From: Bacteroidales bacterium
GTDB lineage: Bacteria > Bacteroidota > Bacteroidia > Bacteroidales > VadinHA17
Direction: 5' to 3'
NCBI GenBank assembly: GCA_012517605.1
Contig: JAAYUS010000044.1
Span: forward strand, 1 to 62,578
Length of the DNA stretch: 62,578 nucleotides
Shown here: piece after piece, positions 45,704 through 55,912 of the stretch
Layout: the number at the start of each line of letters is the position of its first letter
How positions within the stretch are numbered: the first letter of the stretch is position 1
Program-made: the position numbers and the translations under genes
Notes under the pieces: model-generated
Told to the model about the DNA's origin: nothing
Database searches by the model: none
Seen by the model: only the letters and a program-made list of their open reading frames with translations

Positions 45704-48700
45704 ATGCTTATGAAAAAATTTCTACTTAAACTAAGTCTGGCATCCTTTCTGGCACTTGCTTTTCTTTTAAATGCATCTGGCCAGGTTACAACTTCGGCTC
45801 TTCAGGGGCGAATTGTTGATGAGAACGGAAATCCGCTTGCAGGGGCAACCATTGTTGCAACCCATACACCATCGGGAACCACATACGGCAACCTCACAAA
45901 CGAAAGCGGACGTTTTATGATAAACAATATGAGAGTTGGCGGGCCGTATCAGGTCAGGGTGTCATTTATAGGTTACAATACAGAAGTCTATAATGATGTT
46001 TTTCTCAGCCTGGGTACAACGGCTGACATTTCAGTGAAACTTACACCGGCTGTCACAAACCTGAATGAGGTAGTTGTATCGGCAGGGAAGGGCAATATAA
46101 TTTCCCCGTCAAGAACAGGCGCAGCAAATAATATTTCAAATGATGTCGTTACTTCGGTACCTACTATTTCAAGAGGGCTGACCGATTTTACAAAGATAAG
46201 TCCTCTTGCCAACACTGCCGGAAGCGGTACTTCATTTGCCGGGGCAAGCAACAGGTATAATCAGTTTGCCATCGACGGGCTTGTCACAAACGACGTTTTT
46301 GGTCTCACATCCTCGGGGACCAACGGGGGTCAGGCAGGGATCGAACCAATCAGCCTTGATGCAATAGAGGAATTTCAGATCAACATTGCCCCTTACGACG
46401 TACGTGAAAGTGGTTTTACCGGCGGTGGCATTAATGCAATAACCAAAAGCGGTACAAATACCTTCAGAGGTTCGGCTTACTACTTTGGCAACAATGCCAA
46501 ATTTGTAGGGAAGAATGAACCTGTTACAAATACTGAATCAAAATATGCTGATTATTCCGACTACCAGCTTGGTTTTACCCTTGGCGGGCCGATTGTAAAA
46601 AACAAAGTTTTCTTCTTTGTTAACGGAGAAATGACAAGAAAATCATATCCGCTTGGAGCAAAGCCCGGAACAGCAGCATCAAACATAACAGTAGATGAAC
46701 TTAACAGGATACTTGCAGTTCTCGACAGGGTTGCTCCGTCATATGATGCAGGGAACTATCTTGACATTAACAGCGAAACTAACAGTAATAAGATACTTGC
46801 AAAAGTAAACTGGAACATAAATCAAAGGCATAAACTTATACTGAGGCACAGCTACACATACGGTGAAAACATAAACATAAGCCGCTCTGCCAATGCCCTG
46901 CGTTTTTACAACAATGCCTACATGTTCCCCAGTACAACTAACTCGACAGGCCTTGAATTAAACTCTATCCTTAAGAACAATATGTCGAACAAGCTCAGTG
47001 TAGGTTATACCAGGGTAGTTGATGACCGTGATCCCATCGGACAGGATTTCCCGCAGGTCCAGATCAACCTTACAGGCGGAAAGAGCGTGACGCTCGGCAG
47101 CGAATATTCTTCAGTTGCCAACAAGCTGGTACAGGATATATTTTCTTTTACAGACGATTTCAGTATTTTCAGAGGTGACCACACCATTACTTTCGGTACT
47201 CATAATGAATTATATAAGTTTTATAATCTTTTTGTTCAGAACATCTTCGGTAGCTATGCATATAAGTCGCTTGAAAACTTTGAAACTATAGGTCTTCCAG
47301 GAGAAATTGCACCGACATATTATGCAAAAGGGTATTCATTTGATCAGTCTGACGATCCTTTCCAGACAAAAGGAGCTGCAAATTTCAAAGCCATGCAGCT
47401 TGGATTTTATGTGCAGGATGAATACAAAGTGAATGACAGGTTCCAGATAACCGGCGGATTGAGGATAGATGTTCCCTTATTCCCCGACAAACCGGCAGCA
47501 AATGATCTTTTCAATGCCAGTTATAAACTTGTTGATGTTGCCACAGGTCAGCTTCCCGAATCAAAGATCCTCTGGTCGCCAAGAATTGGATTCAACTGGG
47601 ACGTTTTTGGCAATAAGACAACACAGGTCAGAGGCGGAACAGGACTTTTCACAGGCCGTGTTCCTTTTGTTTGGCTCTCAAACCAGTTCTCAAACAATGG
47701 CCAGCTTAATGGTTCCTACAGCGTTGGAAGCACTTCGTCAAGCGCCAACCCGATTGCAAACCCTGCAGGAATTGTGTTTAATCCTGATCCTTATACACAG
47801 AAAACCGCCACAGATTATGGAAAAACAGCAGGACGCGGTGCAATAAATGTTGTTGACAGAAAGCTCAGCTTCCCCCAGGTATTCAGAACAAACATTGCTG
47901 TTGACCAGAAACTTCCATGGGGCATTATAGCAACGGCAGAAGCTATTTTCAGTAAAACATACAACAATGTAAATTTCATAAACCTTAACAGGAAAGTTGA
48001 TCCCAACTTTAAGTTCGATGGAGTTGACACCAGGCCACGTTACTACTCGGGAAGGATAGATTCCAGGTTTGAAGAGATAGTAAAATTCGAAAATACCGAC
48101 GAGGGTTATTCATATAATCTTGTTTTCATGCTTCAGAAACAATTCTCGAAAGGTTTCAACGCCCAGGCTTCATATACATACGGGAAATCGATGGATCTGA
48201 ATTCAGGAACCTCAAGTGTGGCCTATTCCAACTGGCGTTATGTAAATAACGTTTCCGGACCTAATGCGCTTTACCTTACAAGGTCAAACTACGATCTGGG
48301 ACACAGGGTAACTGGTCTTGTTTCATATAAGCTCGATTACCTTCAGGGTAAAATGTCGACCCAGGTTTCGGTTTATTACAACGGTCAGTCAGGTCAGCCG
48401 CTGTCATATATATATGATGGTGACATGAACAATGACGGTACAACCAATGACATGATTTATATTCCTGCAAAAGCCTCCGACATTAACCTTGTAACAACCA
48501 CAGTCTCGGGAACCACTTATACTCCTGAAGAACAGTGGTCCAAGCTGGATGCATTTATTAAAAACGACAAATACCTCAGTAAACACAGAGGTGAGTATGC
48601 AGAAAGAAATGCTGCAAGGTTGCCTTTCCTTAATGTATTTGATCTGAGGATAATGCAGGAGTTCAAGATCAACGTAGGTAATACTACTAACCGGCTTCAG

Positions 48701-48934
48701 CTCTCATTTGATATTCTCAATTTTGGCAATATGTTAAATAAGGAATGGGGACATTATACATTTGCTTCCAACCAGCAGTTCTCCCTTATCAAATATAACG
48801 GGCTCGCTTCCGGTACTTCAAAACCGACCTTCTCATATACCGGTGCAGGACAGACTAACGGTAATGCATATTCATATTCCGATTTTAGCTCACGCTGGAG
48901 AGGTCAGATTGGCATAAGGTACATCTTCAATTAA
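45704..48934 (+). CDS. TonB-dependent receptor with N-terminal carboxypeptidase-regulatory-like domain (Oar-like)
   Basis: Signal peptide, CarboxypepD_reg-like GRIVDENGNPLAGATIVA, a plug region, a long beta-barrel and a C-terminal aromatic (IRYIFN). The start could be M3 (45710). Confidence 0.85.
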   Translation: MLMKKFLLKLSLASFLALAFLLNASGQVTTSALQGRIVDENGNPLAGATIVATHTPSGTTYGNLTNESGRFMINNMRVGGPYQVRVSFIGYNTEVYNDVFLSLGTTADISVKLTPAVTNLNEVVVSAGKGNIISPSRTGAANNISNDVVTSVPTISRGLTDFTKISPLANTAGSGTSFAGASNRYNQFAIDGLVTNDVFGLTSSGTNGGQAGIEPISLDAIEEFQINIAPYDVRESGFTGGGINAITKSGTNTFRGSAYYFGNNAKFVGKNEPVTNTESKYADYSDYQLGFTLGGPIVKNKVFFFVNGEMTRKSYPLGAKPGTAASNITVDELNRILAVLDRVAPSYDAGNYLDINSETNSNKILAKVNWNINQRHKLILRHSYTYGENINISRSANALRFYNNAYMFPSTTNSTGLELNSILKNNMSNKLSVGYTRVVDDRDPIGQDFPQVQINLTGGKSVTLGSEYSSVANKLVQDIFSFTDDFSIFRGDHTITFGTHNELYKFYNLFVQNIFGSYAYKSLENFETIGLPGEIAPTYYAKGYSFDQSDDPFQTKGAANFKAMQLGFYVQDEYKVNDRFQITGGLRIDVPLFPDKPAANDLFNASYKLVDVATGQLPESKILWSPRIGFNWDVFGNKTTQVRGGTGLFTGRVPFVWLSNQFSNNGQLNGSYSVGSTSSSANPIANPAGIVFNPDPYTQKTATDYGKTAGRGAINVVDRKLSFPQVFRTNIAVDQKLPWGIIATAEAIFSKTYNNVNFINLNRKVDPNFKFDGVDTRPRYYSGRIDSRFEEIVKFENTDEGYSYNLVFMLQKQFSKGFNAQASYTYGKSMDLNSGTSSVAYSNWRYVNNVSGPNALYLTRSNYDLGHRVTGLVSYKLDYLQGKMSTQVSVYYNGQSGQPLSYIYDGDMNNDGTTNDMIYIPAKASDINLVTTTVSGTTYTPEEQWSKLDAFIKNDKYLSKHRGEYAERNAARLPFLNVFDLRIMQEFKINVGNTTNRLQLSFDILNFGNMLNKEWGHYTFASNQQFSLIKYNGLASGTSKPTFSYTGAGQTNGNAYSYSDFSSRWRGQIGIRYIFN

Positions 48935-48961
48935 AAAGCATCTCATTTTTAAATATTATCG

Positions 48962-48992
48962 GAGGGTGTCTGTTTAGGGCACCCTCTTTTTT
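48962..48992 (+). terminator. Rho-independent terminator after the TonB-dependent receptor gene
   Basis: Stem GAGGGTG (48962..48968) pairs with CACCCTC (48980..48986) around an 11-nt loop, followed by TTTTTT (48987..48992). Confidence 0.78.
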
Positions 48993-49279
48993 ACTTCTGA
49001 ATGAGAGGTCTTCTTAAATTAAACCCTTCAGGAGCGCACCAATGTAATTCACTACTTTACTGACAAATATAACATAGAACCGCCTTTGGCTGTTTGTAAA
49101 ATACAGTATTTCAGCAAGATGGTTGTTAGTTAATAACTCCCGGGGCAAATGTTAATAAAGTTGAAAATATTGTCTTGCATCGGGCTTCATGCTTGTCTAT
49201 TTTAGCAATTACCCGCTTCGAAAATCGCCGGTCGTTTAATCATAACATAATCAGTAGTTAACAGATTTATAGTAGTAAA

Positions 49280-51913
49280 ATGGGAGAGTTATTTGTCCAG
49301 GAGTCAGTCGTCAACCCGGATGTGGTAAATGAAGGACCATCATCAGACAGCAGGAAAAAGATGAATTTGAAGGAAGTTGACAAATCAGTGGGAAAGACAA
49401 CGGAAAAGGTTACCTATTCTCACGATGAAGCTGTTGAGGCCAGTATCAGGTATTTCAACGGAGATGAGCTGGCAGCACGTGTATGGGCAAACAAGTATGC
49501 TCTGAAAGATTCTTTCGGGAACCTTTATGAAAAGACGCCCGATGACATGCATCGCAGGCTCGCAAGAGAGATCCGGAGGGTTGAGATGAAATATAAAAAT
49601 CCTCTTCCTGAAGAACTTATTTATAACATCCTTAAGGACTTTAAGTACATTATTCCCCAGGGCGGTCCTATGACCGGCATCGGAAATGACTTCCAGATCG
49701 CCTCCCTTTCAAACTGCTTTGTTATTGGCAATGATGGCGATTCAGATTCCTACGGAGGAATAATGAAAATCGACCAGGAGCAGGTTCAGCTCATGAAACG
49801 CAGGGGTGGAGTAGGCCACGATCTCTCCCACATCAGGCCGAAAGGCACCCCGGTCCTGAACAGCGCCCTTACTTCAACAGGCGTCGTTCCTTTCATGGAG
49901 AGATACTCAAATTCGACCAGGGAGGTGGCACAGGACGGAAGGCGCGGAGCCCTGATGCTTTCAATTTCAATCAAGCACCCCGACAGCGAAAAATTCATAG
50001 ATGCAAAGCTTGAAAGCGGCAAGGTGACCGGAGCAAACGTATCAGTTAAGCTGACCGATGAGTTTATGAAGGCTGTAGAGTCAAAAGGCTCATTCAGGCA
50101 GCAATACCCGATAAATTCGAGGAACCCGAAGTTTGTCAGGGAAGTCGATGCTGTCCAGCTCTGGAGCAAAATAATCCATAATGCCTGGAAATCAGCAGAG
50201 CCGGGGGTCCTTTTCTGGGATACAATAATCCGCGAAAGCGTACCTGACTGCTATTCCGACCTCGGCTATGCAACAGTATCAACAAATCCATGCGGCGAAA
50301 TTCCGCTCTGCCCATACGACAGCTGCCGGCTTCTTGCGATCAACCTTTATAGCTATGTTGAAAATCCTTTCACAGCCAACGCTTCCTTTAATTTCGATCT
50401 GTACAAGGAACACGTCGGCCTGGCTCAGAGGATGATGGATGATATAATCGATCTTGAACTTGAAAAAATAGATGCTATACTGGCAAAAATAGATGCAGAT
50501 CCCGAATCGGACGAACTGAAAAGGGTTGAAAGAAACCTCTGGAAGAACATAAGGAAAAAGTCTGAAGAAGGAAGAAGGACAGGCATTGGAATAACTGCTG
50601 AGGGCGATATGCTTGCAGCCCTCGGATTAAGATACGGCAGCGACGAAGCTACTAATTTCTCGGTTGAGGTTCATAAAACACTTGCACTTGAAGCTTATAA
50701 GTCATCGACATATCTGGCAAAGGAAAGAGGTGCATTTGCTATCTACGATGCGGAAAGGGAGAAGAACAATCCATTCATAATCAGGATGAAAGAAGCCGAT
50801 CCGGTGATGTACAACAACATGGTCAAATTCGGCCGCCGCAATATTGCTCTTCTTACAATTGCCCCAACAGGTACCACAAGCTTAATGACACAGACAACCT
50901 CGGGTATTGAACCGGTTTTCTCAGTTTTCTACAAACGCAGGAGAAAAGTCAATCCGAACGACAAGGATGTAAAGGTTACATTCAAGGATGAGGTAGGAGA
51001 TTCGTGGGAGGAGTTCAATGTTTTCCATCACAAGTTTGTCGACTGGCTCAGGCTTAACGGATATGATCCTGATGCAGTCACAAGGATGAGCGACGAGGAG
51101 ATAAATGCAATAATATCCAAATCGCCATATTACAGGGCAACGGCCAACGATGTCGACTGGGTTGCCAAGGTACGCATGCAGGGGGCCATCCAGAAATGGG
51201 TCGATCATTCGATAAGCGTAACAATAAATCTTCCGTCGGATGCAAGGGAGGAGCTTGTGAGCGAGCTTTATCTTACAGCATGGAAATCAGGATGCAAGGG
51301 AGCCACTGTATACCGCGACGGATCAAGAAACGGTGTGCTTATTGCATCGGGGAAGAATGAGATAAGGGCTGAAAGGCCAAAACGCCCGAAAGTCCTCGAC
51401 TGCGATGTGATACGCTTCAATTTCAACGAGGAAAAATGGGTTGCCTTTGTTGGACTTAAGGATGGAAGGCCTTATGAGATATTTACGGGTCTGGCTGATG
51501 AGGAGATCTTCCCTATTCCTAAAACAATAATAAAGGGCAAGATAATCAAGGTTAAGCTCGATGACGGCAGAACCCGCTATGACTTCCAGTACACTGATAA
51601 ATACGGGTATAAAAAGACAATAGAAGGCCTTTCACACATGTTCAAGCCCGAGTTCTGGAATTATGCCAAGCTGATTTCAGGAGTGCTTCGTCACGAGATG
51701 CCGATCGCCGACGTTGTAAACCTTGTCCAGTCGCTGAAACTCGACAGCGAGTCAATAAATAACTGGAAGAACGGCGTCGAGAGAGCTCTCAAAAAGTATA
51801 TACCAAACGGGACAAAAGCCAAAGGGAAATGCGGTGAATGCGGATCCGACAACCTGGTCTATGAGGAAGGATGCCTCATATGCAAAGATTGCGGATCATC
51901 GAAATGCGGATGA
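49280..51913 (+). CDS. nrdJ: Adenosylcobalamin-dependent (class II) ribonucleotide reductase
   Basis: SNCFVIG, catalytic-Cys motif STNPCGEIPL, TIAPTGTTS, and a C-terminal Cys-rich tail CGECGSDNLVYEEGCLICKDCGSSKCG. The start is uncertain: M1 at 49280 or M28 at 49361. Confidence 0.9.
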   Translation: MGELFVQESVVNPDVVNEGPSSDSRKKMNLKEVDKSVGKTTEKVTYSHDEAVEASIRYFNGDELAARVWANKYALKDSFGNLYEKTPDDMHRRLAREIRRVEMKYKNPLPEELIYNILKDFKYIIPQGGPMTGIGNDFQIASLSNCFVIGNDGDSDSYGGIMKIDQEQVQLMKRRGGVGHDLSHIRPKGTPVLNSALTSTGVVPFMERYSNSTREVAQDGRRGALMLSISIKHPDSEKFIDAKLESGKVTGANVSVKLTDEFMKAVESKGSFRQQYPINSRNPKFVREVDAVQLWSKIIHNAWKSAEPGVLFWDTIIRESVPDCYSDLGYATVSTNPCGEIPLCPYDSCRLLAINLYSYVENPFTANASFNFDLYKEHVGLAQRMMDDIIDLELEKIDAILAKIDADPESDELKRVERNLWKNIRKKSEEGRRTGIGITAEGDMLAALGLRYGSDEATNFSVEVHKTLALEAYKSSTYLAKERGAFAIYDAEREKNNPFIIRMKEADPVMYNNMVKFGRRNIALLTIAPTGTTSLMTQTTSGIEPVFSVFYKRRRKVNPNDKDVKVTFKDEVGDSWEEFNVFHHKFVDWLRLNGYDPDAVTRMSDEEINAIISKSPYYRATANDVDWVAKVRMQGAIQKWVDHSISVTINLPSDAREELVSELYLTAWKSGCKGATVYRDGSRNGVLIASGKNEIRAERPKRPKVLDCDVIRFNFNEEKWVAFVGLKDGRPYEIFTGLADEEIFPIPKTIIKGKIIKVKLDDGRTRYDFQYTDKYGYKKTIEGLSHMFKPEFWNYAKLISGVLRHEMPIADVVNLVQSLKLDSESINNWKNGVERALKKYIPNGTKAKGKCGECGSDNLVYEEGCLICKDCGSSKCG

Positions 51914-51922
51914 CAGCAGATC

Positions 51923-53113
51923 CTATTTTATCACATTCAGTTCCCGGCCGATTTTTCCAAATGCCTTTATGGCCTTGTCGAGGTGTTCGATCTCATGAGC
52001 AGCAGAAAGCTGTACCCTTATGCGTGCCTGTCCTTTGGGAACAACAGGATAATAAAAGCCTATTACATATATTCCTTCATCAAGAAGCCTGGCTGCAAAA
52101 TCCTGAGATAATTTGGCATCATACAGCATAACCGCACATATTGCCGACCTTGTAGGTTTAATGTCAAATCCGAGACCGGTCATCTTTTCGATGAAATATT
52201 CCGAATTGCGGTGAAGCTTATCCTGGAGATCATTTGTCTCAGTCATCATATCAACCATTTTAATGCCGGCAGCCGCTACAAGGGGAGGTATGGAATTTGA
52301 AAACAGGTATGGCCGTGATCTCTGCCTGAGAAGTTCAACTATTTCCTTTTTGCCGGTAGTAAATCCTCCTATGGCGCCGCCGAATGCCTTACCGAGAGTT
52401 CCTGTGATTATTTCGATCTTCCCTTTCAGATTGTAAAGCTCTGTCACTCCGCGGCCTGTTTTACCTACAACTCCTGCAGAGTGTGATTCATCGACCATTA
52501 CCATTGCGTTGTATTTTTCAGCGAGAGAGGCTATCCTGTCGAGAGGTGCCACATTACCGTCCATTGAAAACACCCCGTCGGTAACAATAAGCCTGAACCT
52601 TTGTTTTTCCGCAAGCTGAAGCTGTCTTTCCAGATCTTCCATATCGGCATTGTTGTACCTGTATCTTTGTGCCTTGCACAGCCTTACACCATCGATGATG
52701 GAAGCATGGTTCAGCGCATCCGAGATGATTGCATCCTCTTCCGTGAGAAGAGGTTCAAAAACTCCGCCGTTTGCATCAAAACATGCTGCATATAGAATTG
52801 TATCCTCGGTTCCGAAAAAATCTGCAATCTTTCTTTCAAGTTCCTTATGGAGATCAGTAGTTCCACAAATAAACCTTACGGACGACATTCCGTAACCGTG
52901 ATCATCAAGCGCCTTTTTTGCAGCTTCAATAAGCTTACTGTTATTTGATAAACCAAGATAGTTGTTGGCACAGAAATTCAGTACCTTTTGGCCTGAGTCA
53001 AGCTCAATCTCCGCTCCCTGCGGGGATACGATGATCCTTTCATTCTTATAGAGCCCGGCTTCCTTTATTTCAGATATAATCTGACCGAGATGTTTTTGAT
53101 AATCTGTATACAT
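51923..53113 (-). CDS. kbl: Glycine C-acetyltransferase (2-amino-3-ketobutyrate CoA ligase)
   Basis: Alpha-oxoamine synthase pattern with the PLP-lysine region GTLGKAFGG. It lies downstream of tdh. Confidence 0.93.
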   Translation of the reverse strand: MYTDYQKHLGQIISEIKEAGLYKNERIIVSPQGAEIELDSGQKVLNFCANNYLGLSNNSKLIEAAKKALDDHGYGMSSVRFICGTTDLHKELERKIADFFGTEDTILYAACFDANGGVFEPLLTEEDAIISDALNHASIIDGVRLCKAQRYRYNNADMEDLERQLQLAEKQRFRLIVTDGVFSMDGNVAPLDRIASLAEKYNAMVMVDESHSAGVVGKTGRGVTELYNLKGKIEIITGTLGKAFGGAIGGFTTGKKEIVELLRQRSRPYLFSNSIPPLVAAAGIKMVDMMTETNDLQDKLHRNSEYFIEKMTGLGFDIKPTRSAICAVMLYDAKLSQDFAARLLDEGIYVIGFYYPVVPKGQARIRVQLSAAHEIEHLDKAIKAFGKIGRELNVIK

Positions 53114-53159
53114 AGAATATTTCTTTTATTTCCCTTTTTATTTCCTTCGCGCTACCTTA

Positions 53160-53199
53160 GTGTTCTTTGCGGTTAGACTTTTTTTACCGCAAAGGACAC
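53160..53199 (-). repeat. Inverted repeat forming a 14-bp stem (one G-U) with a 12-nt loop in the tdh-kbl spacer
   Basis: GTGTTCTTTGCGGT (53160..53173) pairs with ACCGCAAAGGACAC (53186..53199). No U-tract follows on the transcribed (minus) strand. Confidence 0.8.
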
Positions 53200-53232
53200 A
53201 AAGTTTTCGCAAAGTAAGGCAAAGGGGTTACA
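53184..53232. repeat. CAAAG/GCGAAG-phased intergenic element, copy B (homologous to 8580..8628)
   Basis: CAAAG occurs at 53190, 53199, 53210 and 53220 (9-11 nt phasing). The terminal CAAAGGGGT is shared with copy A. The element ends 11 nt from the tdh stop. Confidence 0.7.
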
Positions 53233-53239
53233 ATTAGTA

Positions 53240-54274
53240 TTAATCCCAGTTGAGTATCACCTTTCCGCAGTTTCCGCTTTCCATGGCATCGAAGCCCTTC
53301 TGGAAGTCGTCGATATGAAACCGGTGCGTTATTACAGGGTTTAGGTCGATGCCGCCGATTATCATCTGTTCCATTTTATACCATGTTTCCCACATCTCCC
53401 TTCCGTAAATCCCTTTTAGTGTGATTGCCTTGAAAATAATATCGCTCCAGGGCACCTCAAAATCAGACGGCAGGATGCCGAGAAGCGAAATGCTTGAGCC
53501 GTTGTACATGTTGCTTATCATTTCAATAAAAGCCTTCGGGGAGCCCGACATTTCAAGCCCTATATCGAATCCCCTCATGCCGAGTTTCTTAACTGCATCG
53601 GAAATCTTTTCACCTTTTGAAGGGTTGACAACCAGAGTGGCACCCATTTTCTTTGCTATTTCCAGACGGTAATCGCTGAGGTCGCTGGCAACAATAAAAC
53701 GTGCCCCGGCATATTTTGCTATTGCCACTGCCATGCTTCCTATAAGTCCGGCACCGGTAACCAGTACATCCTCTCCGAGAAGAGGGAATGACAACGCAGT
53801 ATGTGTAGCATTGCCGAAAGGATCCATAATGGCGGCCCATTCATCAGGAATCCTGTGATCGAGAGGAACCACATTTGAGGCAGGTATTTTAACATATTCC
53901 GCAAATGCCCCGTCGATATTGACGCCAACACCAACAGTGTTTTCGCACACATGCTCTTTGCCTCTCCTGCAGTTCCGGCAATGGCCGCATGCCAGATGTC
54001 CTTCCCCTGTTACCCTGTCGCCCGGTTTGAAGATTTTCACACCAGCTCCAGTCTTTTCAATATAACCCATGTATTCATGGCCTATGATCAGGGGTGTTTT
54101 AATAGTTTTTTGTGCCCATGGATCCCATTCGTAAATATGAAGATCGGTACCGCAGATCGCTGATTTTTTTACCCTGATTATTACATCATTCAGACCAGGT
54201 TCCGGAACCGGCACCTCCTGCATCCAGATGCCCTTTCCAGGCCTGGCTTTTACGAGAGCTTTCATTGTCTTCAT
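53240..54274 (-). CDS. tdh: L-threonine 3-dehydrogenase
   Basis: Zn-ADH motifs CGTDLH and GHEYMG, and the structural zinc site [15 protein letters not shown]. 344 aa, alternative start M4. Confidence 0.95.
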   Translation of the reverse strand: MKTMKALVKARPGKGIWMQEVPVPEPGLNDVIIRVKKSAICGTDLHIYEWDPWAQKTIKTPLIIGHEYMGYIEKTGAGVKIFKPGDRVTGEGHLACGHCRNCRRGKEHVCENTVGVGVNIDGAFAEYVKIPASNVVPLDHRIPDEWAAIMDPFGNATHTALSFPLLGEDVLVTGAGLIGSMAVAIAKYAGARFIVASDLSDYRLEIAKKMGATLVVNPSKGEKISDAVKKLGMRGFDIGLEMSGSPKAFIEMISNMYNGSSISLLGILPSDFEVPWSDIIFKAITLKGIYGREMWETWYKMEQMIIGGIDLNPVITHRFHIDDFQKGFDAMESGNCGKVILNWD

Positions 54275-54360
54275 TTCTCAGTAATTAAACTGACTAAAAA
54301 TAATACAATTCCGTCTCATAAAAGCTGATTTTTGAAAGAGTGTTGTTTGAGCTCTTTAGC

Positions 54361-54368
54361 TATCTTTG
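54361..54368 (+). promoter_or_regulatory. Candidate -7 box TATCTTTG upstream of gltX
   Basis: Exact TAnnTTTG, 26 nt before the ATG at 54395. Confidence 0.4.
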
Positions 54369-54394
54369 TCTGAGGTTAAACCAATTAAGAAATA

Positions 54395-55912
54395 ATGACC
54401 CAGGTACGAGTACGATTTGCCCCCAGTCCGACCGGTCCCCTGCACATTGGAGGGGTAAGGACAGCCCTGTATAATTATCTTTTTGCAAAGAAGAACCATG
54501 GAGTATTCATTCTCAGGATTGAAGATACAGATCTTACAAGGTTTGTCGAGGGCGCCGAAGAATATATTATGGAATCCCTTAAATGGTGCGGCTTAATTGT
54601 GGATGAGGGGATAAATGAAGGCGGAAGCTATGGTCCATACAGGCAAAGCGACCGAAAGGAACTCTACAGGCAATACGCAGACCTGCTCTTTGACAGGGGT
54701 TATGCGTATTATGCCTTTGATACTCCCGAAGAGCTGGAAGCCATGCGGATGGCTGCTGAAAAAGAAGGCAAGACATTTATATATAATTCAGCAATAAGGA
54801 GTAAGCTAAAAAACTCATTGACCTTAAGTGATGTGGAATGGAATGCCAGGCTCGACAGGGGAGAACCCTATGTTATCCGTTTCAAAATGCCTGAGAACGA
54901 GGAAATCCATTTTGATGACATGATCAGGGGGCATATCGTTGTAAACACGAGCACCCTCGATGATAAGGTACTCTTTAAGTCGGATGGTATGCCCACCTAT
55001 CATCTTGCACATCTTGTCGATGATCATCTTATGAAGATTAGTCATGTAATAAGGGGTGAAGAATGGCTGCCTTCTCTTCCCCTGCATGTCATGCTTTACA
55101 GGGCTTTTGGATGGGATACCCCGTATTTTGCCCATCTCCCGCTGCTGCTTAAACCCGACGGAAAGGGAAAGCTGAGCAAACGCGACGGAGATAAACTGGG
55201 GTTCCCCGTATTCCCGCTTTACTGGCCTTATGGTGAAAAAGCAAGAGGCTACAGGGAGGACGGTTACTATCCTGAAGCTTTTATAAACATGCTGGCATTG
55301 CTCGGCTGGAATCCGGGAACAGAACAGGAAATATTTTCAATGAATGAGCTGGTGGATGCATTCTCGATTGAGAGAGTCCATAAGGCAGGATCGCGCTTTG
55401 ATCCCGAAAAAGCAAAATGGTTCAACCACCAGTATCTTCAGAAACGGACAAACAACCAGCTGGCCATTGAATTCAGGGAATATCTTCGCCCAAGGGGTTT
55501 TCATATTGATATTGTTGATCTTGAGAAGCTTGTTGCTCTGGTGAAGGACCGTGTCAGCTTTGTTAAGGATATCTGGGAACAGACGGATTTCTTTTTTAAG
55601 GCTCCCGCTGAATATGACAAAGAGGCGATCAGAAAAAGATGGCAGACAAACACCCCTGATATTCTGAAGGAGCTTGCATCCATACTGAACGGCCTGACTG
55701 AATTTAGTCCGTCATCCACCGAAACAGCAGTCAAGGCCTGGATAGCTGAGAAAGGGTACAATATGGGGACAGTGATGAATGCCTTCCGTCTGGTCATTGT
55801 TGGTGCTCTCCGCGGCCCTCACATGTTCGATATAATAAGCTGGCTGGGCAAGGAGGAGACCCTTAACCGGATTGAAAGGGGGATTTCCGTAATAGGAACC
55901 GGACAGCAATGA
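54395..55912 (+). CDS. gltX: Glutamate--tRNA ligase
   Basis: HIGH motif (PSPTGPLHIGG), KMSKS (KLSKRD), 505 aa. Confidence 0.97.
   Translation: MTQVRVRFAPSPTGPLHIGGVRTALYNYLFAKKNHGVFILRIEDTDLTRFVEGAEEYIMESLKWCGLIVDEGINEGGSYGPYRQSDRKELYRQYADLLFDRGYAYYAFDTPEELEAMRMAAEKEGKTFIYNSAIRSKLKNSLTLSDVEWNARLDRGEPYVIRFKMPENEEIHFDDMIRGHIVVNTSTLDDKVLFKSDGMPTYHLAHLVDDHLMKISHVIRGEEWLPSLPLHVMLYRAFGWDTPYFAHLPLLLKPDGKGKLSKRDGDKLGFPVFPLYWPYGEKARGYREDGYYPEAFINMLALLGWNPGTEQEIFSMNELVDAFSIERVHKAGSRFDPEKAKWFNHQYLQKRTNNQLAIEFREYLRPRGFHIDIVDLEKLVALVKDRVSFVKDIWEQTDFFFKAPAEYDKEAIRKRWQTNTPDILKELASILNGLTEFSPSSTETAVKAWIAEKGYNMGTVMNAFRLVIVGALRGPHMFDIISWLGKEETLNRIERGISVIGTGQQ

Noticed and set aside
49280-51913. A possible intein or mobile insertion in the 877-aa NrdJ.
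   Set aside because: No intein block motifs (Cys/Ser-start, TxxH, or terminal HN followed by C/S/T in an inserted segment) are evident. The extra length is explained by the usual class II insertions and the C-terminal Cys-rich tail.
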